Part shown: positions 50,181 through 64,000 of the stretch, in pieces
How the letters are laid out: each line of letters starts with the position of its first letter
Position numbering within the stretch: the stretch's first letter is position 1
From: Octopus sinensis
Taxonomy: Eukaryota
Direction of reading: 5' to 3'
NCBI RefSeq assembly: GCF_006345805.1
Contig: NC_043003.1
Location: 103,974,001 to 104,038,000, forward strand
DNA: 64,000 nucleotides
Position numbers and translations under genes: made by a program
The notes under the pieces: generated by a model
The model's input: only the letters and a program-made list of their open reading frames with translations
What the model was told of the DNA's origin: nothing
Database searches by the model: none

Positions 50181-52607
50181 TCTGAGGGCTGTGCAATATA
50201 TGAAAACTAGACAGTGATCTCACAAGGGTTGCACTGCTGGATAAATGCAACCCAGTTTTCAGTAGTGGATGAGATTCTCCATGCTTTGCAGCCTTGTTTT
50301 TACTTGAACTGTTGCAGAGAGACTATGAGTGAACCATTTGAGATGTTGAGTTGTTCTTGTTCATTATCATCATCAGTTAACATCCATTTTCCATGTTGGC
50401 ATGGGTTAGGTAGTCCAACAGAAGCTGGTAAGCCAGAGGACTGCATCAGGCTCTCCAATGTCTGCTTTGGCATTTCAGCAGCTGCATGCCCTTCCTAACA
50501 CTGGTGTGTATACTTGTTTGTCTGTTTTTATGTTCATTCTTCCAATGATAGCATGGGTAAGATGACTATATAATAGAGGCATTGTTTTACAGCTGGATGC
50601 CCCTTCTGTTACCTTACCTGTTTTTCAATTGAGGCATCTCTTATTCCACACATCTTTGAAAGCACAAAGACAGTGGACGATTTGTTGACAGAGGAAATGG
50701 CAACAATGTTACCATTTGCCGCTCAGAAATTTTTTGAGAAGCGTAAATGTAAACTTAGACAGACGCATTCACACACCATTTTAATGTTTACTTTTCAGGC
50801 TTGCGCGCATCAGATTAAATTTGTCAGGGCAGATTCCATATGGCCTGATGTCCTTTCTGTCACTAATCCTCATCTATTCCAAAGTCAAGTAATGTTTCCT
50901 TAAGGCAGAATACGCTTTTTGGCAAAATTGCAAATGAACGTCACCATTTGGATGACAATGATGCTCCTTTACAACCATCATACTATATCAAAACAAGGGC
51001 ACACACACACAAGATGCGCTTCTTTCAGTTTTCATCGTCCAGATCCACCTACAAGTTTTGGTTGGCTCAGCGCTATAGCAGAATGCACTTACCCAAGATG
51101 GTGTGCAATAGGACTGAAGTCAAAACCATACAGTTGGGAAGTGAGCCTCTGAACTACACAGCTATGCCTAATCCTAAAAATATGGCTATGGTTTTTCTTC
51201 CTTGCTAAGTTATACACACATATACACTGTTTTTCAGTGTACCTTAGGTATGAAGGTGTCTTCAACCTACATGTTTGCATAGAATTCTTGCAACAAGTGG
51301 ACTCCAGTGATGGTACCCAAAGACCAGCTGGTGGTGTAAAACTAGTTGATAGTCTATCACCTAACAGACTATGGTGGTATCCCAGAATGTAAAGAACTGG
51401 ATCAAATATCACAAGGCATTTTGTCTGATATTCCAGTAATTCTGCAGGGCATTTTTGTCAGATGCTATAACAACTCTGGCAATTTGCAGGTATATGTATG
51501 TGAATGCTGTTTCTAGCAAGACATCTTCTGAACATAATATAGAAAAAGAAATAAAAAGAAAAGGCTGTGTTTACATTCCTGGTGAGAATTATGTCCTGTA
51601 GCTCTGTGCTCTTGAAGTAATGGAATTAAAAAAAAAAAAGACTTCCTTGCAAAACAGAAAAGGCTTGGTAACAAGAAGAGCATTCAGCAGGAAAAAACAT
51701 CTGCCTCAAATAAGTACTCATCCAACCTATGCCAGCATAGAAAAATGGATGTAAAATGAACCAACAGATTTATACACACACACACACACACACACATACA
51801 AACACAAGTGCAGGCAAAGCTTGCTTCCTAATCATGTGATTTCAGGTTCAGATCTAGTGCTTGGGTGTCTTCAACTTTAGCCACAGGTCAACCAAAGCCT
51901 TGTGAATGAATTTGGTTGATTGAAACTGAAAGAAGCCTGTTACATGCATGTGTATGTGTGAGAGCTTGTATTGTTGTCTTCTGGTGGTCATAAATGGACA
52001 TCACCATCACAAAAACAGCAGCATGCATTTCCAATCTTCTGTGAAAAACAGGTGAGAATTAGCAGCAGGAAGGGCATCTGAATGTAGAAAATTTGACTAA
52101 ATACCACGATGCATTATTGTTCCATGCATCTCAGTCTTGCTTCAGGTAACAACTGAGCAGTAAAGTTCAATTTCCTCAGATCCTAACTCTAATATTTCCT
52201 TCCAAGTTCTCTTTCAACAAGTTTTCATATTTTTTCCTCTCTGCTAATTATCAATATAATAAGTTTTGTAATCACACATATAGGCATACCACTAGAACCA
52301 TAAAAACAGACCAAGATGTTACAGTCTTGTATACAATTATACTGCAAGGGGCACTCGGACAAGACAAAAGTTTTTGTTTTTTTTGGTTACACATTTCTGG
52401 AAGATTCTTGTGGACCATTTCCTTATCTCAGTGACTGGAATTTAAATAAGGTAGAAAATACTTAACAAAGGAACAAAAGACCCATCTTGGATATACAGTT
52501 TTATTTCATAAAACACAGAATTAGGACTTTTTATTTGATTTATTTTTTTCATTTTGATTTTTTTATTCTTAAGTTATCAGCCCTGACATTTAAAGCAATC
52601 ATCAAAT

Positions 52608-52638
<31 letters not shown>

Positions 52639-52732
52639 CCTTTCCTTTCCCTTAAAGTCTCTTCTGATAATAAAAAAAACAAACACAAGAAACAAAAACA
52701 AAACAAAGCAACATATGTGTAAAATATATGTA

Positions 52733-52767
<35 letters not shown>

Positions 52768-53539
52768 CACAATAAGAAATATCAGCAGAAACTTGTATAT
52801 GTTAAGATATGGAAAAACTTAATTGCAAAGAGAAAATTTTTATTGAGCAGACTGATAATTATCAATGCACAAACACGCGCACATATACTTCACATACACC
52901 TATACATGCACATACGCAGACATACATGTGTTTAAGATATTAAAAGCACTTTTAAGAGAGTAGGTAACAAATAGAGCAGGCATTATGATATTATTATTAT
53001 CATTATTACTATTATTATTGTTAAATATCACTTGGAATTTTATTAAATCTAATAAGTGTGAATAGCAAAGAATAGGAAAAAAATGTTACAAACGAATTTG
53101 AAGAATATCTTGTCAAACTGATGTAGGTCACATTTGCAAATGAATCATTCCTTTGCTTACACAGACATACAACGCACAAATGGATTTCAAACTATTTTCA
53201 CTTTTTAAGGGGCATAAAAAAGGCTTATTTGTAGAGAAGTTTTAATAGTTTTACTTCAGATAAATAAAATCCTTGATAATGGCACAATTAACTACATGTC
53301 AAATCTTGCTACTTGATTGGTAAATATTTTATCAACCTGGGGAAAAGATGAAAAAGATGTCATCTTTGGCAGGATTCAAACTCAGGACCACAATACAATT
53401 ATATGCTGAATATACCAAAGTATAGGGCAAGACAGAAAAACCTCCCAAATTTCACATAGTCAATGGTGTGGTGCTTGTGAAGTCAGGCAGGTGGTAATGG
53501 TGTCTTCATGTAGCTAATGCTTAACCATTTTTTTTTCAG

Positions 53540-53610
53540 TTACCATCATGATTTGGGCTGATGCACATCATGTGTTTGCTGCTGAAACATTTATCAAGAA
53601 CGGTGAATTT
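53540..53610 (+). mobile_element. Possible Tc1/mariner-family transposase start fragment
   Basis: MIWADAHHVFAAETFIKNG resembles the MxWxxEHRAFxVExFxxNG N-terminus, from recall. Confidence 0.35.
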
Positions 53611-55706
53611 GGAAGCTTTATTTTTCTTTTTTTTTTTTTTGCAGCATCCTGTATTCCATTGCCCTACCAGTTTTGCTCTCTCTATTTCTTGTCCCCTCTC
53701 TATATAATACTTTTTATATAGGCACAAAGCCACAATTCTGAAGGAAGAGTACAGGCAATTAATTACTTCAGCACTTGATAAGTATTTTATTTCACTGATA
53801 CTGAAAGAACAGAAATTAATGTTGACCTCAAAATGCAAAAAGACATGATTTTAAACACAAGGAATTTAATCCTTTGCAGTACCGATTCTGCCATCAATCA
53901 CTCTCAATGATAATTTTCTAATTTAGACACAAGGCCAGCAATATTCTGGGGTGCTAGTTGACTACAGAGACCCCAGTACTTAAACCAGTACTTTATTTTA
54001 TTGAGCCCTAAAGGGATGAAAGGCAAAGTTAACCGTAGTGGAGTTTGAATGCATAACAGAGAACCAGCATTTTTGTCCCACAACCTAATGATTCTGTCAG
54101 CCCACTGCCCTTTAATAATAATTCTAATTTAGGCACAAGGCCTGCAGTTTTTAGTAGGTGGAGGGGCTAGTTAAACTTCAGTAATTGGTTGGTACTTTAT
54201 CAACCCTGGAGGAATGAAAGGCAGAGCTGACCTTGGTGGGGTTTGAATTCAGAACATATGCAGGGAGTATAGTCAGTATGGTACAGATTGATACTTACTT
54301 ACATTGTACTAATTAATATTTGATCTTAGAACATACAGGCATAGCTAAATATTGGTAGGTATTGACTGTGATCAGTAGTCATGCAATTTGACCACACTAA
54401 TAGTATCAATGGTTTTAAATTTTGGCACAAGGCCAAAAATTTTGTTACTTGATACCATTAATCCCAGTTCTTGACTAGAACTTTATTTTATCAACCCTGG
54501 ACTGATGGAAGGCAAAGTTGACCTTGGCAGTATTTGAACTTAGAATGTATTGAGACAGAAGAAATGCCATAAAGCATTTCTGTTGCTAAAATCATTCTAT
54601 CAGCTTCACACCTTCACCCTAATAGTAATAACATTTGTTTCTAAGTTTGGCAGGTGGTCACCAATTTAGGGAGCTGGTGTAGTAAATTTAACCAACCTCA
54701 GTACATGACTGGTACTCAGTTTTTAAACTCTGCAGAGATGGAAACAAAGAGAATCCTATTGGGAATTGAACATGGTTTGCAGAGAGCGAGAACTAATTAC
54801 TAGCAGTCCTTTAACCCAATATAATACACCTGCCATAATAATAATGATTTCAAACATCAGCACAAGGCTTACAAATGCTTAGAGAGGGAACAGTCAAATA
54901 GATTTCTCCCATCCAACTTGGCTTATTTATCACCCACCCATCACAAAGATGAAAAACAAAGTTGACCTTGAGATTTGAACAAAAGTGCAAGTAACAAAAC
55001 ACTGCAAGGTAATTTGATGTTCTCTTGATTTTGCTGTAAAAGCAATAATGAAAATATTTTAATGCCATATTTCTGCTCGTAGTAACAGCGAGTATGTATC
55101 ATATCTTCCCAATTATAAACTGCATCATCCACCCCTAAAATAATGGACAGTAATGCAAATTATAATTAAGTTACTCAAAACTTGTAGAAAAAAATTTTCT
55201 ACTAATTAATATTCACTTCATTCAATACCATAGTGTGGATTGTTGTTGGTCTTAAGGTTTATTTGATCGTTTATGTATGCATGTGCATTTGTGACTTTAT
55301 TGAAAATTTACATTTAAATGTGGAAGTGTTATTTTAGATTTTATGCTTTGTATGTTTCATTCTAGGTGTTTTTAATATATAAAACAATGAATGAAAAAGT
55401 ACATGTATGTATCTGTAAGAATGAAACAGTGAATGCAAGTACATATGAGTTGCACAGTTCAAACATACATTTCATGTGACATTAAAACGAACTCATATGG
55501 ACACGTGCAATCATCAGTAGAGGTCTTTCAGAATTTGTGAGAGAAGTTAGGAAAACAGAGACCCATATAAAATACAAAGTAAAATGGAAGAAACCTTTAA
55601 GTTGTGAGCAAAGGTAAATTCAAGTGTAGTTGTGTTGTGGAAGACACAGTATTTTTGATCAGGAATAAAACTGTCAAAAACAGAGGGGAAAAAAAAGATC
55701 ATTAAA

Positions 55707-56035
55707 CCCTTTCACTGACATATGCAACTTTACATTTCTTAGCAGAGTGCGATAAAAGACTTTCATCAGTTTATCAGCTAGAGCTCAATAGAAATATCCA
55801 CATATAATTCTTTTTGTGAATAGTGGATCTTGAAGTACACATAAAGCTATAAATAATAGCAGAAAAACCCTACTAGATAGAAAAAGTCAAAGGCTGCCTG
55901 TGGGACAAAGGCCCACATCTCCAAATACTTACATGCTATTATTTATAGCTTTGTGTGCTTTGAGATCTTATGTTATGAAATATTCATATTTATTTCATTT
56001 AACTCAGATTGTAGCTTACACGGTATACTAAAGGG
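55707..56035. mobile_element. piggyBac-like MITE with an internal inverted repeat
   Basis: ttaaaccctt...aagggttaa ends; internal arms at 55826-55860 and 55935-55967. Confidence 0.7.
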
Positions 56036-59000
56036 TTAAATATACAAACACTCCACCCCCAAGACTTCTTAATGAGACTGAGTTCATTGATCATGGAAGT
56101 GAGGGGTCACTTTCTTTTATATCCTCCCATATTCATTTTATTTATATCTATACATCACTTTAAAACACGACAATACATTATAACTAAAAACATGGCAACA
56201 CATTCACTGATCAACTTTAACTTATTACTGAAAGGAAATCTGGTCTAAAAAGACATTTTATTAAATAAATGCCACTGTACATATCTTTAAAAGAGGAAGA
56301 TATGTGTATATGTAGAGGCAATGGCTTGGCATGACCACAGTCCAGAACTGGTAAACAAGTATGTGTGTGTGTGTGTGTGTATACAAACACAGACTCTCTC
56401 TCACTCTCTGGAAATGCTACTAACACCTTTCTACACTATATCCATTTAAGTTTTCTACACAGCACACACACTTTTGTTTGTGAGATTATGGATAATCAAG
56501 TCAATTGAACACTAGGCAAGTAACCATTGAAGTCAGTGATGCAGAGCATTGATTTGGAAATAGTGGGGTGCACCTGCACCTCTTAGATTTGGTGGGGGGG
56601 ACAATGGAAATTGAATATCTTCCTGAAAAACTGGGTTTGCACCCCACAAGCAAATTTCATTCCCATATTTATGATGCAGAATTGTATCCATGGTCGAGAT
56701 GTAGCACTCAACAGCCAAATCCACCAGCCCCTAAAACGGGTCCTGCTGTTGGCTTCACACATCACTGTCATGATTAGTAGCTCTCTGAACATAACTGATT
56801 CGTTGGCTCGTTGCTGAGTAAAGTTATTCGTGATCACCTAGGATCCTATCTAGAAGCATATTCGTTTCTTATATGCTTAAAAACAAAATATAAAAAAAAA
56901 CACTACAGTTACTGGAGATAAGCACTAGTCCTATGGATTCTTATAATTTATACTACCTTTTAAACATACTGCATTTATTTTATCCAAATATATATACATT
57001 ATATAGAAATATATTACAAGTTTATGTTACTATAATGTTCAGCACATCTTGTTTCAATAATCCCAAAATGTAAAATCAATTTCACACAATCATTTTACCT
57101 ACTATTTATTCATTCAGTAATCTAATAAACATAGAAAAAAAAAGCTGTATATGTCTACTGGAAAAGAAGCAAACCTAGCCAAAACCTACTCAATGATTAA
57201 CTTGAAGGAAAAGCACAATTTATTGTATGAAAGACAGGCTAGCTACAACTTTACACAAGTTTCTACAGAAGATTCTCACAGGGGCTAAGTATTTAATTAC
57301 AGATGTAAATATATTCATTCACTTGGATGCTAATATGGCCAAATGGCTAAGTAGTTTGTCCCCCCGCCCCCTATTCACATTCTGTAGTATGTTGGGCTAG
57401 TGTCTTTTACTATAACCTCAAGTAAACTTGAGCCTTGTGAATGAAATTAGGGAGACAAACTATGTGAAAGCCCATCAAATGAACTATAACTCAAAGGCTG
57501 AGCCTTGATTCATACTGTCATGCTGATTCTGCCTGAATATTATATTAAAGTTACTCATTTCTATGGAATACTCAGTCACATGTTAATCCAATGAAAGTAG
57601 TTAAATTAAGTTAACAACTGAGTACTTGTCTCCAAAACTGACAGAAAATCTATTAATTTGTTCATTAATTCAAAGCTTCTGTTGATTGCTACTCTGTGCC
57701 TCACATTTCCATAACAACTGGAATTAACTTCAAATTCCAGTTATTGTGAAAAGAGGAGTTTCAGATTTGAATATACAAATAAACTCTACTTTATGAATTG
57801 AGTGCGTTTTACCCATGTTTGTAAATTCAAATTTGTAAGTATGTATTGCAAGTTTTGAAAAAAAATTATAGTAATTATAAGTTTGTTACAAAAGTATACT
57901 CAATAGATGGGTAGAGTAATGTATATAACAGCAGATACTGTTTTTCATAGATATTCAAATCAAAACCTTTTTAAAAACATTTTTCCAAGCCATCTGAAGA
58001 CCACTAGCCAGCATGATATCTTTAATGGCTATAATGGAGTGACAACAATTCTAACATTATATATAAGTCACAGCTTTCAAAAAATGTTCAATGACAAATT
58101 GAGATTTGTGAAATTTATACGTTTCTGAAGGGTTTTTGCAAGTGAAATAGAAGCAAAGCAATTTTTTCCTCCTTTTTTTATTTTAATTTTTTGTTTTACA
58201 TGCATTTTACCATGCAAGCTAGCATGGCTAGAATGGTTTCTGTAGGTGCAATTGCTTGTACAGCTTCTGGGCACCCTTCCTACTACTAACAATTCCATTG
58301 TCAAGTATGGAGTGAAACCCATTTTTGTCACTCAGGCAGACTGAGACAAACAGTATTATGTGTCTTGCCCAAATGAAAAGAAGCTTTCAAGGCAGGTTCA
58401 CCATCAAAGTAAAGTGTTCATCTAAGCTGACTATATAAGTAAAAAAATTACCTGTGAAATAAAAGGCAGTTGGTAGACATAAAAGAAGCTCTGTGACACA
58501 GAAGCTGTCAAGAAGGCTCCATATTTTTAATGCTTTTTAAAGTGCAGGTAATCCACCAGGATTTAGTGTAGTGAGTTGATGAGAAAACTGCTGTGAATGC
58601 AGACTGCAAAGTGAATTAATTAACAAAGAACTTCTGAAATCAAGGATATAAGCCTTGTTTATACACAAGCAGTGTTAAGAGATTTGTCCTGTAGCAGGAT
58701 GTGAACATGTGTTATTTGAGACAGGTACCCAGTGCTTCAGTTACCCAGCTAGTGTACCTCTCAGTAACAAAAGTAGTAGTGATTGCAATATTAATGATTT
58801 CTGGCAATGGCACAAGGCCACAAATAGGTATGGAAAAGTAACAGCCAACTGAACCCCCAAAGCAGGATTACCATTGATTTTCCTTTCTTTTTTTTTTGTT
58901 GTTAGTTCAAATCCCCTCAAGTTCATTTCTGCCTTTAATCTCATTAGAGTCAACAACATAAATGCAAGGCAAGTACTAAGTTAAATTTGACCTGGGGTTA

Positions 59001-60416
59001 ATATGAGAAGACAGGTCCTGTCATCCTCACCTCTGTTAATAATAATCCTTTCTACTATAGGCACAAGACCTGAAATTTTTGTGGGTGGAGGAGGTTAGTT
59101 GATTACATTGAAGCCATCCACCCTCCAACCCCAATACTCAACTGATACTTATTTTAGCAACTTTAAAAGGATATAAAGCAAAGTCAGCCTCACTAGAATT
59201 TGAACATGAAGAGCAGGAAGAAATGCTGCTAAGCATTTTGTCTTATGTGCTAACAATTCTGCTAGCTTGCTGTCTGAAATTAAAACTTTGTTAGCAATGT
59301 CTGAATGCCACATCTACTGTAAGGTATAGTCATTCCAACTACTATACCAAAGCAATATCACAATAATGGGCTCATTGTATACAGTGTTCAGGTGTACTGC
59401 AGTTATTTTCTCATGCACAACATCATGGAGAAGATGCATATAAATGATTGCTACTATGAGTATATTTTCAATGACTATCAGTAACACGACATATCAGTAC
59501 CATGGAACTGTACCAATGTACAAATGAAAAATGAAATACATATACTACAATGATTTTTAGTGTTGAAAGTGACCTAAGCAACTGAGACAGCAACTAATTG
59601 ACAAAAAGTCAATAGCCATTTCTATCTTGTCACAGTAATGTATGTACTCTGAGTTCCAAGCACAAATGGTCAACTCGCAATAGCTTACTTTCTTTAGCTA
59701 CAGATATGAAGTGGTAGAATTCACTACTAAGTAAAATTAACGACTGCTTCATTAGCTTGCTGTTAGTAAAAGCTTGTTCTGGGAGGAGTTCCACAGGGAG
59801 CTAACACAACATAATGTGACCAACTAAAACTCAAAGACATTACAATATCTATTTTAGAAACGTTATTATTCATAATAATAATAATAATAATAAATTATGT
59901 CATATATTAGCCATTTCTCAGCTCAAAGGGATTTTATTCCTGGTTAACCTTAAGGCTGAAGACAAAAACAGGTGATTTGAGTATCAATATATTCTATGTT
60001 AGCTTTACTTTGTCTTTACATTTCTAACACTTCTCAAAAGGTGAATAACTGAGGATCATCCAATTTACATTTAGAATCTTTGTTCTTTCTTAATTCATTC
60101 ATTGTATGAATCAGAAAATATTGCTCTATGAAGAGTAAACTCATTTTCTAAATCAATTGACTCTTAAGATTTTTTTTTTATAGGCATCGATCAGGAGAAC
60201 TTCAAGCTGAATAGTAACTTATTGACTAAAAATAAGTTTTAAAAAAAGTCTTGAAGCTTTACAAAAATTTTGGTAAGTACAGTTTAACCCAAAATAGGAA
60301 AAACTGAAAACAAAATTTTAGTTCTTCCTAACAAAGTAAATTTTGAGAGGCATTCTACAGATTATTAATCATATCTTACTGTTTCACTTACTGGAGACAA
60401 TTCTGAGAGATTTTAC

Positions 60417-60590
60417 TTTTCCTTATATATGTAATGTGATGTTAACTTGTTGATAGGATCAAGAAAAAATATACTCATTCTAGTGAAATAAATATAATAC
60501 TTATATGCTAGTGCTCTCATGCTTGACATCCTGAGACAATTATAACTATCAATACTGCTGTAATTATTAAAAAGAGCAGTGGATATGTAA
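60417..60590 (-). CDS. Candidate exon, YISTALFNNYSSIDSYNCLRMSSMRALAYK... (alternative donor at 60501)
   Basis: Acceptor gttcatttcag; long open frame in AT-rich DNA; donors moderate. Confidence 0.2.
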
Positions 60591-62462
60591 CTGAAATGAA
60601 CTCTCATCTTTTAGGAAGTGTGTTGTTTTCATCTCAATGCCCTATACTGTCTTGTGACAAAGCTGAGGTGCTTAAACTATTTTACATGAAGCTTGTTGTT
60701 GTTATTATATTTCAATCTTGCCTGGCAGCAGATTTCATCTCATCATAATTGTATGTAGTATTACTAAAAGTTTAATTAAAAAAGAAAAGGCAGGATGGAG
60801 GAAAAGAAAAGTATGAGTTTAATTGAGAAACTAGAAAAAAAAAAGTTGGCATTTAGCCAAATATAGGGGCAGATACAACAAAGGGATATAGTTGATTGAA
60901 ATGCATCCCCACCTTTCCAAAATAAATTTAAACACTCTTGTATTTTATTTTATTGACCCTCCAGGGATGAAAGGCAAACTTTACTTGATGGGATTTGAAC
61001 TCCAATACAAACAATTCTGCCAACCCAATACCCTAATAATAGTAACACTTTCTGATTTAGGCACAAGGCTAGTACTTTTGAGGGAAGGGGTTTACTTGAT
61101 TCCATCAACCCCAAGACATGACTCATACTTTATTATATTCACTCTGAAAAGATGAAAGGCAAACAGGATTTGAACTGAAAGCATAAAGAGCCAGAATATA
61201 ATGCTATAAAGCATTTTGACTGGTTCTCTAAATCCACCACTCAAGTAATAATAATAATTGTTTCAAATCTTGGTACAAGGCCTGCAGTTTTAGGTGAAGG
61301 GGTTTGTTGATTTCATTGACCCCAGTACTTGACTGCTACTTTATTGATCTCGAAAGGATGAAAGGTAAAGTTTACCCCAGCAGGATTTCAACTCAGATCA
61401 TAAAGAGCAGAACATAATACTGCAAAGCATTCTGTTCAATTATCTAATGATCCTGCAAATCCAACAACAATAATTTATAAAAGCAAAATGGCTCAAATTT
61501 AGAATAAGGGGTAGAATAGATTATAACAATACTAGTACGTTTCTTGTTTTATTGAACTCTGGGAGGATGCAAGACAAAGCTGACTTTGGCAGGATTTGAA
61601 CATTTGAACTTAGAACATAAAACCGTGCACCTAAATAGCATAGAGCAATGTGTTTGACACTAATTAGATTTTCCAACACTATCCTCCTAATAATGATAAT
61701 TATAGCATTATCAACAGTTTACTCTGCGTCACTTACATATGTAGCACACAAATATTCAGAACACAAGCATGCAAAAATTTATAACACATATCTAAACAGT
61801 GTTACACACACACACACACACGCATTAATAGTCACATATACACATGGCTGCACACATACACACTTGTGCATGCAAGTGTTCTTTACAAAAAAAAAAAGAA
61901 AAAATTTTTTACCTAAGGTTAGATATATTCAGAAATTTCTCACTCAATAACTAGATATTTTTGACTCAGTTTTAATTAAAGAAATTATATCAATTTCTCT
62001 CATTATTAGTACTATATATAACAGGTATATAGAATAGATCAAACAGCTATTAAGCACATATATTTATATACTTAATTTTAAAAAAGATCTTCAAATATAA
62101 TTTATGAAATCACACACACAGAGAAAAGAAAAATGAAAAATATTTTTCAAAAAAGCAAATGGATTTTTGATTTTTTTGAAATGAGAAAATAAAATGTTTC
62201 ATTGCACCTTACATAGATTGGGATGTTTCAAATTTGAACAGCAATTGTCCTAAATGACACTAAAACTCTAAGAGTTTGAACCCTAGACTCCCACCACAGC
62301 AATGTCCATTGGTTAAAGAGCTTAACTTTTACTGACTCAGCTTTCCAGGTTTATAAGCTCTCATTGTATCTAGTTATAACTAGCCATTGCTAGCACTTTC
62401 TAATTGTTGGTTCACTTTACATCAGTGAAGAAGCCATTTTCACGGTCAAGCTATTCATTCAC

Positions 62463-62525
62463 CTTTTCTGGACTAAGATTCTGGTATTTAAAAAAAATGA
62501 TACTCAGCTTGTTTAACAACAGCTT
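62463..62525 (-). CDS. Candidate exon, KLLLNKLSIIFFKYQNLSPEK
   Basis: Donor AAG|gtgaat; acceptor ambiguous. The stronger upstream ttttgtag gives an exon closed in all frames. Confidence 0.2.
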
Positions 62526-62707
62526 CTGCTCTAGTGTTGCATGTAATCAGAATGAACACTCATCTACAAAACTGGTCATATATAGATAACATTCTATTCC
62601 CTCACACCTTTTATCATGATTAACTGTAGAGTATTTATTTATATATCAACCTTAGTATGTGTTTATTTATAATTAAATTTGTGTGTTTATATGTATAATT
62701 AACTGTG

Positions 62708-62749
<42 letters not shown>

Positions 62750-63414
62750 AAAATATATAGATGAAAAAACAAATATGTCACAAATGCAAAAAAATTAAAA
62801 GTGAAAAACATTACAAGTGTAAAAAATTGGCCAACACAGATTATAAACTATTTTATTCAAACAAAGATATAATTTAATGTTTCAGGAGGGGAGTTATTGC
62901 TACAGCAGTTAAATGGATGAGAAAACAAGGGTAGAAATATTACAAATCTAAAGTGGAGCTAGAAATATTGTGAAAGGAAAAAAATTAGTTGGAGAGAATT
63001 TTTCTTCAACCACCCCACTTCGTTTTGCAGGTGTCAGCAAGTAAGGGAAATAACTCCTATTACAGTTTGTCCGTGAAAATTTAGCAATTATTGTAATTTA
63101 CTGAGGTATTTGTGATTAAATAATTGAATAAAATAGAGACAATTGCAATTGTAATACTACACAACAAGTGGAAACATTTATTTCTATTGCAGTAGTATCT
63201 TAACTTCTAAGCCAGTAGGAAATGTAGAAATAGGTGAACATGAAGATGAAAACAGAAATGAACTGCTTCAAATACGGTGCAGATATTTATCATTATTCCT
63301 GTATTATAACTGAATCCTGGGCCTTTGCATTCATGTGTGCAATATTCCTGCTTATAATGTCTAATACATCTCAAAAATTTTCATTTGATAGGTTTCTTTT
63401 TTTAATTTTGCTAG

Positions 63415-63463
63415 GATATGAAGACATTGCTAATGAGATTTCAACTGCCTTGATTAACAAGAG
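63415..63463 (+). CDS. Candidate exon, (G)YEDIANEISTALINK(R)
   Basis: Strong acceptor tttctttttttaattttgctag; donor GAG|gttatt. Confidence 0.2.
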
Positions 63464-64000
63464 GTTATTTAGTTGTCCACAGCTATAAGATCTAACACAT
63501 AAACCAGGGCAAACAACAAAATTACAGCTATTAACACTAAACACACACACAAAAAAAAAAACAGTAGTACTTTAAAACTCAGTTATAATTAGGTATGATT
63601 AAGCCTTTTTATATCAACCTGCCCAAAACTGCCCATGGTTCTATGATGCAAACATTTCAAAGTGGTCTAAATTAAAACCTTTTCTCAAAATTCCATGATA
63701 ATTTATATTTCAAACAGCAGCTTAATAATAACAAAGTTATGTTATCAAATTCATTATTTTCAAAATTAATTGAAACAAAAGCAGTATTTTTCAACAGAAA
63801 TACAGTAACAAAAGGGTTAAAAGAATGAAACACAAGAAACAAATACACAAAGTGAGTTCTAGCAGAATAAAACAGGCAACAGTATTAAAATATTTCCTAC
63901 AGTTAAAGCTCTAGTTACAATTTCTGATTTCCTGATCAATAATGTCACAATGTTGTGTAGACATTTTTGGAGACCCTGTATTCATTCATTTACAAGTCTC

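Noticed and set aside
53540-53602. Plus-strand exon-like segment with a strong acceptor
   Set aside because: The peptide resembles a transposase N-terminus rather than a host exon.
56533-56837. Four overlapping ORFs in a GC-richer patch, with 8-bp cagtgatg/catcactg ends
   Set aside because: No TSD, no recognisable domain; open frames are explained by higher GC.
57709-57747. 16-bp stem hairpin
   Set aside because: Short, AT-rich and imperfect; below pre-miRNA size with no supporting context.

Overview
AT-rich, microsatellite-dense eukaryotic genomic DNA. The repeat families resemble octopod cephalopod (Octopus-like) SINEs and LINEs; this assignment is inference from recall, not a database hit. 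Most of the window is decayed mobile DNA: CR1/L2-group and RTE LINE fragments, Tc1/mariner relics (one with intact TIRs and TA TSDs), TTAA/CCC piggyBac-like MITEs, Penelope-like termini, and dozens of tRNA-headed SINEs that often sit in head-to-tail clusters. No complete gene, rRNA, genuine tRNA or CRISPR array is supported. Nearly all ORF-track entries are microsatellite or repeat artefacts. Several short open candidate exons with canonical splice sites occur on both strands (best on the minus strand: 41602-41721, 36887-37012, 30609-30657), which suggests intronic sequence of a long unidentified gene, but I cannot name the protein or fix the strand. The most notable structures are a ~400-bp inverted duplication that brackets a candidate exon and covers its 5' splice site, a 139-bp near-perfect palindrome, two phase-compatible plus-strand exons interrupted only by an in-frame UAG, and minimal hammerhead-like motifs in Penelope-like ends.
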